A stretch of 64,000 bases of DNA, taken from an uncultured delta proteobacterium. GTDB taxonomy: Bacteria > Desulfobacterota > BSN033 > UBA1163. Below are positions 18,289 to 29,207 of this stretch, in pieces. The translations under genes were made by a program, and so were the position numbers. How positions within the stretch are numbered: the stretch's first letter is position 1; every line of letters begins with the position of its first letter. The notes below the pieces were generated by a model that was not told the DNA's origin, did no database searches, and saw nothing but the letters and a program-made list of their open reading frames with translations. Where the stretch lies: positions 1 through 64,000 of the forward strand of contig CAVPSJ010000005.1 in NCBI GenBank assembly GCA_963708295.1, in the 5' to 3' direction.

Positions 18289-19761
18289 GTGATGAAACTC
18301 CTATTGATTTCACCTTCTCATAAGTTTCGTAAGAAACTAAGAGCTATTAAAATACCTCAACTCAGTCTACACATTCTGGCCTCACTGACGCCAAAGGATG
18401 TCGATATTACCGTTGTAGATGAAGAAATCAGAGAGATCGATTTTTCTTCGGATTTCGACCTGGTTGGGATTTCTTGTATGACTGCAACGGCAAATAGAAG
18501 CTACCAATTATCTGATCTATTCAGGCAGAGAGGTTCCAAGGTCATTCTTGGCGGAATTCACCCTACGATCCTGCCACAAGAAGCCATCCGGCATGCCGAC
18601 GCCGTTGTCATCGGAGAGGCAGAAGGCTGTTGGGCGGATGTCATCAACGATTTTAGAAAGAAAAAGCCCCAGAAATTCTACCACGTGCCAGTCCCTGATC
18701 TTTCAAAGGTTCCATTCCCAAGGCGAGATTTTCATATCGACAGGGCGCTATTTAACTGCGTAGGTCTATTGACAACCCGGGGGTGTCCGTACGCCTGCGA
18801 ATTCTGTTCAGTGACGGATTTTTATGGCGGGAAAATCAGGCATAGACCGGTTTCCATGGTTGTCGAGGATATTAAACAATCCGGTTCAAAGACCTTTTTG
18901 ATCTTGGATGATAACGTCACCGGACACCCAGAATATTCCAAAGAATTATTTGAAGCTTTAATACCCTTGAACATCAAATGGGTAGGACAAAGTTCTATCT
19001 CCTTGGCGAAAGACAAAGAGATGCTGAAACTCTGTCGCCTCTCCGGCTGCGCGGCCCTATTCTTTGGGATTGAGTCTGTATCGCCTTCAAGCCTGACAGG
19101 AATGAAAAAATCGCTTAAATCCATAGAAGAAACTGAGGAGGCGATTAAGATCATCCAGGACAATGGGATTGCCTTTCACCCATCCATCATTCTGGGATTT
19201 GATATGGATACGAAAGCCATTTTTGATGATACCCTGGAATTTTTGGCAAGGACGAAACTTCCCACCATGGCTTTAAATGTTCTGACACCCTATCCCGGAA
19301 CGCGAATATATCAGCGTTTCAAGGATCAGGGGCGAATCATATCTACCGATTGGAGCCATTACGACCACCATACCGTCGTATTTCAACCCAAGAACATGAC
19401 TCCCCAGGAGCTCGCTGAAGGGCACCATTATGTCCAAAGCCAGTTTTATTCTTTCTCTTCGATCCTTCGGCATATCCCATTTCTTCTAAGGGTCTCTCCT
19501 ATCAACCTCCGGCGGACCCTGCTTCTCCTTTTACTTAATATTGCCGGCAAAGGTGCTGCGAAATACATCGATACCTCTCTGGATTGGGCTGATAACAACG
19601 AAAAGTGGAAGTCCCAGACCGTTCGGCCTGGCGATGAAGTCTTAAAGGAGAGCAGCCTCTTCTCCCTGGATAATTCCTATCTTCCGTTTCAAGCTTCAAA
19701 AGACGGTAGTCCTTATATAAACGATGAATCGCATCTTCATGAGGAGAAGAAGCTGGCATAG
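18289..19761 (+). CDS. B12-binding radical SAM protein
   Basis: DLVGISCMT, ILGGIHPT, TRGCPYACEFC, DDN, FGIES, LTPYPGT. Confidence 0.93.
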   Translation: MMKLLLISPSHKFRKKLRAIKIPQLSLHILASLTPKDVDITVVDEEIREIDFSSDFDLVGISCMTATANRSYQLSDLFRQRGSKVILGGIHPTILPQEAIRHADAVVIGEAEGCWADVINDFRKKKPQKFYHVPVPDLSKVPFPRRDFHIDRALFNCVGLLTTRGCPYACEFCSVTDFYGGKIRHRPVSMVVEDIKQSGSKTFLILDDNVTGHPEYSKELFEALIPLNIKWVGQSSISLAKDKEMLKLCRLSGCAALFFGIESVSPSSLTGMKKSLKSIEETEEAIKIIQDNGIAFHPSIILGFDMDTKAIFDDTLEFLARTKLPTMALNVLTPYPGTRIYQRFKDQGRIISTDWSHYDHHTVVFQPKNMTPQELAEGHHYVQSQFYSFSSILRHIPFLLRVSPINLRRTLLLLLLNIAGKGAAKYIDTSLDWADNNEKWKSQTVRPGDEVLKESSLFSLDNSYLPFQASKDGSPYINDESHLHEEKKLA

Positions 19762-19908
19762 ACGACCCGAATATTTTATCCTTCCAAAGTACGATTTAAC
19801 AATAAGCCTGGTGGGTATCGTGACACGGAGCGGCTCAACGTCGCTATCTTCGAAACGGGTGCCAATCATCCTTTCAAGATTATTTTAATGACACATGAGG
19901 AGCGGAAT

Positions 19909-21831
19909 ATGCCATCCGACGGAGAAAAAAAACCAATTGAAGACTTAAAAGATAAGCTTCGTTCCTTCTTCGGTCCTCGTGACCCCCAGAAAAAGAAGGA
20001 TGCCTTGCCCCCTAAGACTCATTTCAGCATTTGGTATTTCCTGATCGCCTTCCTTCTATTTACCTACCTGCAACAATACTTTCTTTCTCGAAAAGTGGAG
20101 ACCATTCCTTACGGCCAGTTTAAACAAGCCTTGGCTGAGGGCAACGTGAGTAAATTAACCATTGGCCCGGAAAACATCACCGGAACGCTCACAGGAAAAG
20201 AAAAGAAGCCGGGCCAGCAATTCAGTACGATTCGGGTGGATGATCCCGGCCTGGTGAAAGAACTGGATGAACACAAGGTCGATTATTCCGGACGGTATGA
20301 GAGCAAATTCCTGAGCAGTATTCTCTCCTGGGTCCTCCCCATCGGCATCATGTTCCTGATCTGGCGGTTCGCCATGAAAAAGATGGGACCGGGGATGGGG
20401 GTCATGTCTTTTAGCAAGAGCAAAGCCAAGCTTTTTGCAGAGAGTGAGACGAGGGTCACTTTTGCCGATGTCGCTGGAATCGATGAGGCCAAAGAAGAGC
20501 TCCAGGAAGTAGTGGAATTTTTGAGCAATCCGGGAAAATTCCAGAAACTGGGAGGGAGGATTCCCAAAGGGGTGCTTCTGGTTGGCCCGCCGGGGACTGG
20601 CAAAACCCTCTTGGCCAGGGCTGTGGCCGGGGAAGCAAGAGTCCCCTTCTTCAGCATCAGCGGGTCTGAGTTTGTCGAGATGTTCGTCGGCGTGGGAGCG
20701 GCGCGCGTTCGCGATCTCTTCTCTCAGGCCACTCGCCAAGCCCCCTGCATCATCTTCATCGATGAACTGGACGCGTTAGGGAAAGCCCGGCGAATGAATG
20801 TCATGGGGGGGCACGACGAACAAGAGCAAACCCTCAACCAGCTCCTGGTGGAGATGGATGGGTTCGAAACGAATAAAGGGGTCATCATCATGGCCGCCAC
20901 CAACCGGCCGGAAATCCTGGATCCTGCCTTGTTGCGCCCCGGGCGGTTTGATCGGCAGGTCCTGGTAGACCGCCCGGATATCAATGGGCGAGAAGCCATC
21001 CTGAGAATCCATTCCAAGAATGTTCTTTTAAGTCTCGATGTGGATCTCCGAAAGGTCGCCGGTCGCACCCCAGGCTTTGTGGGAGCTGACCTGGCTAACC
21101 TCGTCAACGAGGCCGCCCTGTTGGCTGCCCGGAAAAATAAGGAAATGGTAGGGGCGTCGGATTTCGACGAGGCCATCGACCGGGTGGTTGGGGGTCTTCA
21201 GAAAAAGAACCGGGTGATGAATGCGCAGGAGAAAAAAATTGTTGCCTTTCATGAATCCGGACATGCGATTGTGGCTGAATCGGTAGAGCATGCCGACCCG
21301 GTGCACAAAATCTCCATCATTCCCAGAGGGATTGCGGCTCTCGGATATACCCAACAACAACCCACGGAGGACCGCTACTTAATGACCCGCTCGGAGCTGC
21401 TGGACCGGTTGGCTGTTCTTTTAGGAGGCAGGGTGGCGGAGGAGCAAGTCTTCGGAGAAATCTCCACAGGGGCCCAAAACGATTTGCAGCGGGCGACAGA
21501 CATTGCCCGGTCCATGGTCACGGAATACGGCATGAGCGATCTCATGGGACTGGCGACCTATGAGCGCGCTGGTCAGCCTATGTTCCTGCCAGAAGGTTTT
21601 ACACCCAGCAAAACCTACAGTGAAAAGAAATCCGCACAGATTGATGATGAGGTCAGCCGGGTCATCGACGAAGCTCATCAAAGAGTGCGAGGAATCCTAT
21701 CCGCTCGCCGGAAAGTTTTAGATGAATTAGCCGACCTCCTTTCCCGGGAGGAGGTTGTGGAAGGGGAGGAGCTCAGAAAGATGTTGGGCAAATCCCCTGC
21801 GGAGACTTCATCGGCGCCACAGGTGTCGTGA
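19909..21831 (+). CDS. ftsH: ATP-dependent zinc metalloprotease FtsH (likely a secondary paralog)
   Basis: Two TMs, [17 protein letters not shown] motif [17 protein letters not shown] zinc site. Confidence 0.95.
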   Translation: MPSDGEKKPIEDLKDKLRSFFGPRDPQKKKDALPPKTHFSIWYFLIAFLLFTYLQQYFLSRKVETIPYGQFKQALAEGNVSKLTIGPENITGTLTGKEKKPGQQFSTIRVDDPGLVKELDEHKVDYSGRYESKFLSSILSWVLPIGIMFLIWRFAMKKMGPGMGVMSFSKSKAKLFAESETRVTFADVAGIDEAKEELQEVVEFLSNPGKFQKLGGRIPKGVLLVGPPGTGKTLLARAVAGEARVPFFSISGSEFVEMFVGVGAARVRDLFSQATRQAPCIIFIDELDALGKARRMNVMGGHDEQEQTLNQLLVEMDGFETNKGVIIMAATNRPEILDPALLRPGRFDRQVLVDRPDINGREAILRIHSKNVLLSLDVDLRKVAGRTPGFVGADLANLVNEAALLAARKNKEMVGASDFDEAIDRVVGGLQKKNRVMNAQEKKIVAFHESGHAIVAESVEHADPVHKISIIPRGIAALGYTQQQPTEDRYLMTRSELLDRLAVLLGGRVAEEQVFGEISTGAQNDLQRATDIARSMVTEYGMSDLMGLATYERAGQPMFLPEGFTPSKTYSEKKSAQIDDEVSRVIDEAHQRVRGILSARRKVLDELADLLSREEVVEGEELRKMLGKSPAETSSAPQVS

Positions 21832-21980
21832 AGGTCAACCCGCATCACAAAGACGTCTTAAAACAAATTTCGGTCGATCTGTCAGTCCAATTAAATAGTT
21901 TCGTCGGAATGCTTGACTTTCAGGAAATAAAGGGTGATAGTATAGATGCGTAGGTTGTAAGAAGTAATCGTTTGGATCGT

Positions 21981-22023
21981 AAAAGGTCACAAAAGTGCTT
22001 CCGAAACTTTTGTGGCCTTTTTT
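21981..22023 (+). terminator. Terminator-like hairpin in the leader of the cold-shock gene
   Basis: AAAAGGTCACAAAAGT...ACTTTTGTGGCCTTTTT, downstream of TTGACT...TGATAGTAT (21913-21943). Confidence 0.55.
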
Positions 22024-22084
22024 ATTTGGGATCAAAGGCTATTACAACTTACTCAAGTTAAAAAAAGAAAGGAGGTGAGCTGTA

Positions 22085-22288
22085 ATGGCCAAAGGTCGTG
22101 TAAAATGGTTTAATGAAAAGAAGGGCTTCGGATTTATTTCCAAAGACGATGGAGACGACGTATTCGTTCACTTCTCCGCTATCAAGAGGGATGGATTTAA
22201 ATCCCTTGATGAAGGCGACGAGGTAGAGTTCGAAGTCTCCCAGGGTCCGAAGGGTCTCCAGGCGACAAATGTAGTCGTTATGAGCTGA
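22085..22288 (+). CDS. csp: Cold-shock protein (CspA family)
   Basis: [12 protein letters not shown] (RNP1) and DVFVHFSAI (RNP2). Confidence 0.97.
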   Translation: MAKGRVKWFNEKKGFGFISKDDGDDVFVHFSAIKRDGFKSLDEGDEVEFEVSQGPKGLQATNVVVMS

Positions 22289-22419
22289 CATGCAAACAGG
22301 TTAGGCTCACGAGGGAAGAGACCTCAATATTTTCTTTTGGGGTCCTCTTCCAAATTTCTTATTGAACGTTAAGAAGCATCTTGAAGGTGATCACCAAGAC
22401 CGTAATAAGGAGAAAAAAA

Positions 22420-22713
22420 ATGAAAAAGAAATTATCCGAGGAAGCAAAGCCTAAGACGAAGAAGGTTCGATTCAATTTATATGCCCCCGAAGCTGAGAGG
22501 GTATCCTTGGCAGGAGATTTTAACGATTGGGATGTCCATAACCTCCCGATGAAGAAAGATAATAAGGGAACCTGGGAGGCAAGCTTTGCCCTCCCGGCCG
22601 GAAGGTATGAATACCGTTTCTGGGTTGATGAAGTCTGGCTTGACGATCCTAATGCCCAGGAAAGGGTTGAAAATCCTTTTGGAAGTCAGAATTGTGTCAG
22701 AATGATGAGTTAA
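22420..22713 (+). CDS. Glycogen-binding CBM48/AMPK1_CBM domain protein
   Basis: VSLAGDFNDW, GRYEYRFWVD, DP...ENPFGSQN. Confidence 0.9.
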   Translation: MKKKLSEEAKPKTKKVRFNLYAPEAERVSLAGDFNDWDVHNLPMKKDNKGTWEASFALPAGRYEYRFWVDEVWLDDPNAQERVENPFGSQNCVRMMS

Positions 22714-22819
22714 AGAATGATCGTCGTCTCATACTATCTTCCGAGTAAATTGCGTAATGGTTCATTGGAAAGAAACCCACTCGCGTCTGTTCCACATTTA
22801 GTGAAACAAGTATATTTTC

Positions 22820-22848
22820 TTGCTATTAAGCACAAATTAGCTTATAAT
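22820..22848 (+). promoter_or_regulatory. sigma70 promoter of the RRM gene
   Basis: TTGCTA-N17-TATAAT. Confidence 0.7.
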
Positions 22849-22895
22849 AAGATAACAAACTAAGTTGCAGAGAGCCTTTTAGGCTTATCGTGATG

Positions 22896-22935
22896 CCCGC
22901 AAGAACTCTAAACGACTTCTTTGCGGGTTTTTTTT
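22896..22935 (+). terminator. Terminator-like hairpin in the leader of the RRM gene
   Basis: CCCGCAAGAA...TTCTTTGCGGG followed by T8. Confidence 0.6.
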
Positions 22936-23096
22936 CGTCAGCCTGAAAGCTGACAGGAAGCTAAAATGCGAATTCCGCTGGACAAGGGCAAGGAAAAGAA
23001 GGGTGTGAAATGAGTCAAAGTTGAAGGCGAGAGGGAAAAAGAAAAGGAGGTAAGGTAGCGAGGTTTTCTAACGGAGTAAAATCACATCAAAGGAGA

Positions 23097-23405
23097 ATGA
23101 ATATGAATATTTATGTAGGAAACTTATCTTATGAAGCAACAGATGGAACGATTCGGGAGGCTTTTGAATCCTTCGGAGAGGTCACCTCCGCAAGGGTGAT
23201 CAAAGACAAGTACAATGGCCAGTCCCGGGGGTTTGGTTTTGTAGAAATGCCCACCCAGTCTCAGGCTCAAACGGCGATTAAGAGCCTTAACGGGAAAGAA
23301 CTCCTGGGCAAGCAGCTGAGTGTGAATGAGGCCCGTGCTCGCTCCAATCAGGGGAGAATGGAGGGAGGGCGGATGGATTATAGCGGCGGGAGAAACCGTT
23401 ATTAA
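23097..23405 (+). CDS. RRM RNA-binding protein with Gly/Arg tail
   Basis: IYVGNL (RNP2), RGFGFVEM (RNP1), VNEAR. Confidence 0.96.
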   Translation: MNMNIYVGNLSYEATDGTIREAFESFGEVTSARVIKDKYNGQSRGFGFVEMPTQSQAQTAIKSLNGKELLGKQLSVNEARARSNQGRMEGGRMDYSGGRNRY

Positions 23406-23435
23406 TCCTGTTAGCGCAGAAAAGAGGTTGATGAA

Positions 23436-23603
23436 ATGGTACAGCGGAGAAGGCGCCCAAATCATCGTGGGCCAAGATCGAACCATGTGAGGCATCCAAA
23501 ATCCTATAAAGTCCTATGTTCGGGTTGCGGAAAGGAAGTAGTCACCCCGGTTCCCCCACCCGATGGCAAGAAACTGCTGTGTACTGAGTGTTTCAGCAAA
23601 TAG
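23436..23603 (+). CDS. CxxC-x17-CxxC zinc-ribbon small protein (55 aa, not in the ORF track)
   Basis: MVQRRRRPNHRGPRSNHVRHPKSYKVLCSGC-(17 aa)-CTECFSK; GAGG RBS. Confidence 0.82.
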   Translation: MVQRRRRPNHRGPRSNHVRHPKSYKVLCSGCGKEVVTPVPPPDGKKLLCTECFSK

Positions 23604-23680
23604 AGATATTTGAGTATGAATAATAAGGAGAACAGGCATCAGAACTTAAAAACAGTCATCAGGATACGGAAGGAGTCATT

Positions 23681-23956
23681 ATGAATAAAGAAAGGCTCGA
23701 ATGGGTTATCTCAGGATTAAGCCAGTATAAATTAACTGAGAGTGAAAACCAATTTATCAAATCCGCATCAGGGGATTTCGATCAAAAACAAATGTTAACA
23801 GAGCGCCAGGAACAAAGGCTCGAAAACCTTTACAAGGAAAAATCAAAATCGAAACCCAACAAAAATGCCTCTGATTATTTTTCTTTTCAGGAATCTCCCC
23901 CAGCAAAGGCCAGGGTCCGGAAATCTTTTGCGAAGGATGTTTTGATAACATCCTGA
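23681..23956 (+). CDS. Hypothetical protein
   Basis: AAGGAG RBS, 91-aa ORF in the same direction as the upstream genes. Confidence 0.65.
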   Translation: MNKERLEWVISGLSQYKLTESENQFIKSASGDFDQKQMLTERQEQRLENLYKEKSKSKPNKNASDYFSFQESPPAKARVRKSFAKDVLITS

Positions 23957-24053
23957 CCTTGCCGCAGCTTCCCTTTTTCAGGATGACGGACTCGTCGTTT
24001 TTCCTTGCTTTGCCGTCAAGGAGTTTCTCACAAAGTTGACATCGTCGCCTTAG

Positions 24054-25037
24054 CTAAATTGCGGGATGGGTGTTCATAGAAAACACGATCCTCTGGTTCC
24101 GCATTTGGCTTCTGATGACTCCCTTTTCCCTAAGGTATTTCAGGTGAGCGATCGCCTCCCCCGTGGCAAACCATTTTTGGGATACCGGGAAGAGATCCCA
24201 TGAGTCACAAACAATATCCCAGCTCATCTTCGAGGCGACCTGAAAAGCGTCCTGATCGCCTTTTTCTAAAATGGAAATAATTTCATCAAGCCGCTTCTGA
24301 TGGTGTTGCTTCAATTCCTGAATTCTCTCTCTACAGTTCCTGAAAATGGACCGATGACCCGGCAACACGAGGTCGATGTCCAGTGCACTCACCTTGTCCA
24401 GACTTGCAAAATACTCCTCCAGGGGGTTCCTCTCATCAGACCACAATTGGATATTGGGAGTGATGTCGCTCAGAATGTGATCTCCGGCCACGAAAATCTT
24501 CTTCCCGGGTTCGTAAAGGCACATGTGTCCCGGGGTATGGCCGGGGGTCTCAACGCACCTGAATCTGTATTCTCCGATGGCAAGGATATCGCCTTCTTTC
24601 CGGATATGAAAGACCAGGTTTTCATTAGGCCTGAATTTAACTCCGGGATGACTTTGAAGGCCGGCCTCGAGCTCGCCTTCGGGATAACCGTTCAGACGGG
24701 CGAAGCGCGCAAAATCATCCCGCCGGAAACCTCCCCTAAACCGATTGGCATCTTGCTCGCTGAAGTATATCTTCGAGGATTCTGTAACGAGGTTTGAAAG
24801 GAGACCAAAATGATCGGCGTGGAGGTGTGTGATAAAAAAGTCCGTTTTTCTTAAATCCACTCCAAGTCCCTTCAAACCCGCCTGCATGGCTCTCATGCAC
24901 TCTTCTTGATTCCACCCCGTGTCAATAATCAAATTTCGTTCCGAATCCCTGATCGCGTAGGAGTTGAGGGATTTCAGGGGACTGTTGGGAAGAGGAATTT
25001 CGATTTTGTAAAGATTTGGGGAAACTTCTTCAAGCAT
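24054..25037 (-). CDS. MBL-fold metallo-hydrolase
   Basis: IIDTG, THLHADHFG, TPGHTPGH, GDH, LPGH. Confidence 0.93.
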   Translation of the reverse strand: MLEEVSPNLYKIEIPLPNSPLKSLNSYAIRDSERNLIIDTGWNQEECMRAMQAGLKGLGVDLRKTDFFITHLHADHFGLLSNLVTESSKIYFSEQDANRFRGGFRRDDFARFARLNGYPEGELEAGLQSHPGVKFRPNENLVFHIRKEGDILAIGEYRFRCVETPGHTPGHMCLYEPGKKIFVAGDHILSDITPNIQLWSDERNPLEEYFASLDKVSALDIDLVLPGHRSIFRNCRERIQELKQHHQKRLDEIISILEKGDQDAFQVASKMSWDIVCDSWDLFPVSQKWFATGEAIAHLKYLREKGVIRSQMRNQRIVFSMNTHPAI

Positions 25038-25164
25038 CGACTCAACTCCAAGGACCCGGAAAAAATGACTTTTTCAGCAGCCTGCTATTGCCGCGTCTCA
25101 CAAGTAAAGAACCCCGCCGTTACAAGCGGGGCATTTCAAAATAACAAAATTCGGGGCCAATTGA

Positions 25165-25221
25165 TGTCACCCTGAACTCGTTTCAGGGTCTCAGAGATTC
25201 TGAACCAAGTTCAGAATGACA
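25165..25221. repeat. REP-like double-hairpin palindrome
   Basis: TGTCACCCTGAACTCGTTTCAGGGTCTCAGAGATTCTGAACCAAGTTCAGAATGACA; a further hairpin CCCCGCCGTTACAAGCGGGG lies at about 25111-25131. Confidence 0.65.
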
Positions 25222-25277
25222 GTTTCAGAGTTCCTTTGGGAGAGGATCGGCCGCGGGGGTGCTTCTGTTACCATCCG

Positions 25278-26972
25278 TTATCTCTTTTCTTTCTCCGAGA
25301 TCTTCGCCCAGGAATCTCGAAGGGTTACAATCCGATTGAATACAAGCTTCCTGGTGGAAGAGTCCTTGGTATCCACACAGAAATAACCCAGCCTCTCGAA
25401 TTGGTATTTGCTTCCCGGAGCCGCACCTGCAAGGCTGGGCTCCACACGGCACGAGGCGAGAATCTCCAGAGATTTCGGATTCAGGTATTTCGTAGAATCA
25501 TCGCCGTCGCCGGTTGGATCAGCGACCTGGAAAAAGCGATCATACAATCGCACCTCAGCGGGAACCGAATGATTCGCCGATACCCAATGGAGGGTGGCAT
25601 CAACCTTCCGGCCGTCCGGAGCAAATCCGCTTCGCGTCTCAGGATCAAAGGTGCAGTGAACCTCGGCCACTTTCCCGGTCTTCGGGTCTTTCAGGGCATT
25701 CACACATTTTATAAAGTATCCAAACCGTAGGCGCACTTCCCTGCCGGGAGCCAGTCTGAAGAATTTCCTGGGGGGGGTCTCCAGAAAATCCTCCTCTTCG
25801 ATATAGAGCACTCTGGAGAACGGAATCCTCCGCGATCCCATGCCGGGATTTTGGGGATGGTTGGGGCATTCGAATTCCTCCACCTGCGTTTCGGGGTAGT
25901 TGTCGAGGATCACACGAAGGGGCCGCAATACCCCCATGACGCGCGGCGCCCGTTCATTCAAATCCTCACGGACACAATGCTCGAGCAGGGAGAGGTCGAC
26001 CAGATTTTCATTCTTGGCAACCCCGATCCTGGAGCAAAAGGTCCGAATTGCTTCCGGTGTGTAGCCGCGCCTTCTCATGCCTGCGAGAGTGGGCATTCGA
26101 GGATCATCCCACCCTGTGACCGCTCCTTGCTGAACCAGCTCGATCAGTCTTCGCTTGCTTAATATCGTGAAGCTGAGATTGAGGCGGGCAAACTCTATCT
26201 GTTGAGGATGGGAATCCAGATTTAACTGATCCAGAATCCAATCATACAGGGGCCGGTTGTTTTCAAACTCCAGGGTGCAGATCGAATGCGTGATCCTTTC
26301 AATCGAATCCGACAGACAGTGGGCGAAGTCGTACATCGGATAGATGCACCACTTCGCTCCTGTGCGGTAATGAGTCGCTCGCTTGATCCGGTAGAGGACC
26401 GGATCTCGCATGAGGAAGTTCGGAGAGGCCATATCAATCTTCGCGCGAAGGACATGGGCTCCGTCGTCGAATTCGCCCGCCCGCATCCGGGCGAACAGGT
26501 CTAAGTTCTCTTCAACCGAGCGCCCCCGATACGGGCTCTCTTTTCCCGGCTCCGTTAAGGTCCCCCGTTGTTCCCTGATTTCATCCGCGCTTAAACTGCA
26601 GACATAAGCCTTTCCGGCTTTCATCAGCTCCACCGCGAATTGGTAGAGTTGCTCAAAATAATCGGATGCATAGAACAGGCGATCTTGCCAATCGAATCCC
26701 AGCCAACGGACGTCACTGATGATCGATTGAACATATTCAAGGGATTCACCCGCTGGGTCGGTATCATCCATCCGTAAATTGCAGGTTCCTTTATACTGGG
26801 CAGCAATACCGAAATTGAGGCAGACGGATTTGGCATGTCCGATATGGAGATACCCGTTCGGTTCGGGTGGAAATCGGGTGGCAACCCGCCCGTGAAACCG
26901 ATTGGTTCTCAGATGTTCCTCGATTATTTCTCTTATAAAATCCGACGAAGGGATTGAATTGGTTTGGGCCAT
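25278..26972 (-). CDS. glnS: Glutamine--tRNA ligase
   Basis: [46 protein letters not shown]. Confidence 0.97.
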   Translation of the reverse strand: MAQTNSIPSSDFIREIIEEHLRTNRFHGRVATRFPPEPNGYLHIGHAKSVCLNFGIAAQYKGTCNLRMDDTDPAGESLEYVQSIISDVRWLGFDWQDRLFYASDYFEQLYQFAVELMKAGKAYVCSLSADEIREQRGTLTEPGKESPYRGRSVEENLDLFARMRAGEFDDGAHVLRAKIDMASPNFLMRDPVLYRIKRATHYRTGAKWCIYPMYDFAHCLSDSIERITHSICTLEFENNRPLYDWILDQLNLDSHPQQIEFARLNLSFTILSKRRLIELVQQGAVTGWDDPRMPTLAGMRRRGYTPEAIRTFCSRIGVAKNENLVDLSLLEHCVREDLNERAPRVMGVLRPLRVILDNYPETQVEEFECPNHPQNPGMGSRRIPFSRVLYIEEEDFLETPPRKFFRLAPGREVRLRFGYFIKCVNALKDPKTGKVAEVHCTFDPETRSGFAPDGRKVDATLHWVSANHSVPAEVRLYDRFFQVADPTGDGDDSTKYLNPKSLEILASCRVEPSLAGAAPGSKYQFERLGYFCVDTKDSSTRKLVFNRIVTLRDSWAKISEKEKR

Positions 26973-27716
26973 CGAGTTTGTTCCTTTCTCCTACCCGTCT
27001 CCGATTTCTAAATATATCACATCCTGCCTGTCTCGCAAGCTCTAATCACCTAAGAGGGTTGGAAGGGTGGCATGAAAAGGTGCAACTTTTGTTGCATTGT
27101 CAACCTTTCTCGATGTGGCTAATTTACGAATCCTAAAAGCTTATTTGATAAATGCGGAAATCGCGTCAACTTCTCTTGCTCCCTTTCTGGAAACGCTTCT
27201 TTAACCGAGCCATCCTCAGAAATAGTTTAATTACAGGGAGTTAGGAATACGCTTTCTTATTCACAATGAATCGGTATAGTGTTTGCTAAAGCTAAAGAAG
27301 GTCTGTGCGGATAGAGAGAACAGAAGCAAAATGAATTGAAGAAATCTTACGGGTCTTCTCCGAAGCAAAATCTCAGTGATCGTGTTGTGATTTGGAGAAA
27401 GGTATAGGCAAGCTCACGCTTAGAAACAAAACTTGAAATTTTTGAGATTCACGAATCTTTTTAATGGATTACATGTGCCTATTTCTTGAGCAAAATGGTT
27501 AAAACCGCTTCCTTCAAGCGGAAGAGAATCCAATTCCACAACTATTCAACATTCAATTGTGGGATTCGTGGAATAAATCATTTCAGTGGTTGCCCCTGTC
27601 TTTGCGACGAATAAGAAGCGACTTCTTGTCACGCCGGCGAGATGGTGAGCCGACCGGCTAATCCCGCGAAGCGCGGGATAGATGGGCATTTTTCGGACGC
27701 TTGTCAAAAATAACTA

Positions 27717-28118
27717 TTGGACGAGAGACTAGTGAAAAAGAAAGAAAAAGAGACCCAACACCATGGAACCGTCAATTTTGAGAAGAGGAGATATCCCCGC
27801 GCTAATGTGGACTTACCGTTTGAGTATGATCGAGGGGATTCAGTGGTCAACCATGGTGAAACCCTCAATGCCAGCGAAGGCGGTCTCCTGGTCTACTTTC
27901 CGGAAAAGATGGAGATTGGAAAAATTGTCTCTTTGAGATTATTTTTCTCTCCCGGGTTTGAATTCAATGCCATCGAAGCGACGGTCAAGGTAGTCTGGGT
28001 GGATGTTCATCTAGAGGAAAACTGGGGGGATTATCGAGCCGGAGTCATGTTTGTTGACATCTCACTGGGAGACCTGGAAAAATTGATAATTTTCTTGAGA
28101 AGTCTTTCCGATCAATGA
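27717..28118 (+). CDS. PilZ domain protein (c-di-GMP receptor)
   Basis: EKRRYPR (RxxxR) and NASEGG (D/NxSxxG). Confidence 0.88.
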   Translation: MDERLVKKKEKETQHHGTVNFEKRRYPRANVDLPFEYDRGDSVVNHGETLNASEGGLLVYFPEKMEIGKIVSLRLFFSPGFEFNAIEATVKVVWVDVHLEENWGDYRAGVMFVDISLGDLEKLIIFLRSLSDQ

Positions 28119-28223
28119 TTCAACGTTCGCCTCCCTCCCGAGAGTCAATGTCAGCATTAACGAAAAACCACCTCCGCTCCAGGAAGGGACAGGCAGTCAG
28201 GTGACGAAGCAGACCGGAGCGAG

Positions 28224-29195
28224 CTAATCGATCAGATGGACGTCCAGAAAAAAGTCTCCTCGTGTTCCGTCTTCACCCAGATTCCCCAGTCCTTTTAAAC
28301 GCAGGCGGGTCCCTTCCTCCACGCCGGGCGGGATCGTAACCATGAGGGTCTTCTTTCTCAGTCCTTGAGGAACGGAAATCATCTTTCTTGTTCCGAAACG
28401 GGCCTCTCTCGAAGTGATTTTGATGATCCCGTGAAGATCCAACTCATCCGGGATCGAGAGAGGGGTCAGAGGTTGAATACGGGGGGTCCGCTGCCGCTCG
28501 GTGTATTGCTGGAGCCCTCTATTCAAACCCGTTTTCGGAATCCAATCAAATACCTTGATAAAAACGAGACCCGCGACAAAACCGCCGATATGGGCCCAGA
28601 AGGCGACGCCTCCGACGTTTCCGGGTGAAGCGCCCGCAGAAACGATCTGCAGGACGAACCAAATTCCGAGAAAAATATAGGCCGGAATTTCAATGAACTG
28701 AATGAAGAAAATGATGAATACGAGCGTCAGGATCTTGGAGCGGGGATAGAGAAGAAGATAAGCCCCCATGACGCCTGAAATGGCTCCGCTTGCCCCGATC
28801 GTAGGGACATTCGAGTTCCAGTTCGTGAAAAGATGGATCACCCCGGCAGCCACCCCACAGAAGAGATAGAAGGCGAGATATCGAAGGTGACCCAGCCGAT
28901 CTTCGATGTTATCTCCGAAGATATAAAGAAACCACATGTTCATGATGATATGGAGGAACCCTCCGTGAAGAAACATGGAGGTCAAAAAAGGGAGAGTTTG
29001 CCCGAAGCTCGTAAAGTGAGCGGCAATTTCCGGATTGGAGTATCGAAGGGGGACGATTCCGTATAGATAGAAAAGGTCCTGCAAATCGGGACCCTGAGCG
29101 AGCTCCCATAGAAAGGCAAGTATATTCAGCACAATGATGAGGACATTGACCGCGGGAAAGTTCTTCGAACGAATGGCATCTCGAAGGGGAATCAT
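28224..29195 (-). CDS. Rhomboid intramembrane serine protease with C-terminal DnaJ_C-like domain
   Basis: SMFLHGGFLHIIMNM, GASG, WAHIGG; tail DLHGIIKITSREARFG...VTIPPGVEEGTRLRLKGLG...GDFFLDV. Confidence 0.9.
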   Translation of the reverse strand: MIPLRDAIRSKNFPAVNVLIIVLNILAFLWELAQGPDLQDLFYLYGIVPLRYSNPEIAAHFTSFGQTLPFLTSMFLHGGFLHIIMNMWFLYIFGDNIEDRLGHLRYLAFYLFCGVAAGVIHLFTNWNSNVPTIGASGAISGVMGAYLLLYPRSKILTLVFIIFFIQFIEIPAYIFLGIWFVLQIVSAGASPGNVGGVAFWAHIGGFVAGLVFIKVFDWIPKTGLNRGLQQYTERQRTPRIQPLTPLSIPDELDLHGIIKITSREARFGTRKMISVPQGLRKKTLMVTIPPGVEEGTRLRLKGLGNLGEDGTRGDFFLDVHLID

Positions 29196-29207
29196 ATCGT
29201 CAAGGAC

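Noticed and set aside
27300-27716. c-di-GMP riboswitch upstream of PilZ
   Set aside because: GCAAA-like words are present but I could not build the GEMM P1/P2 structure; the 3' part looks like a MITE remnant.
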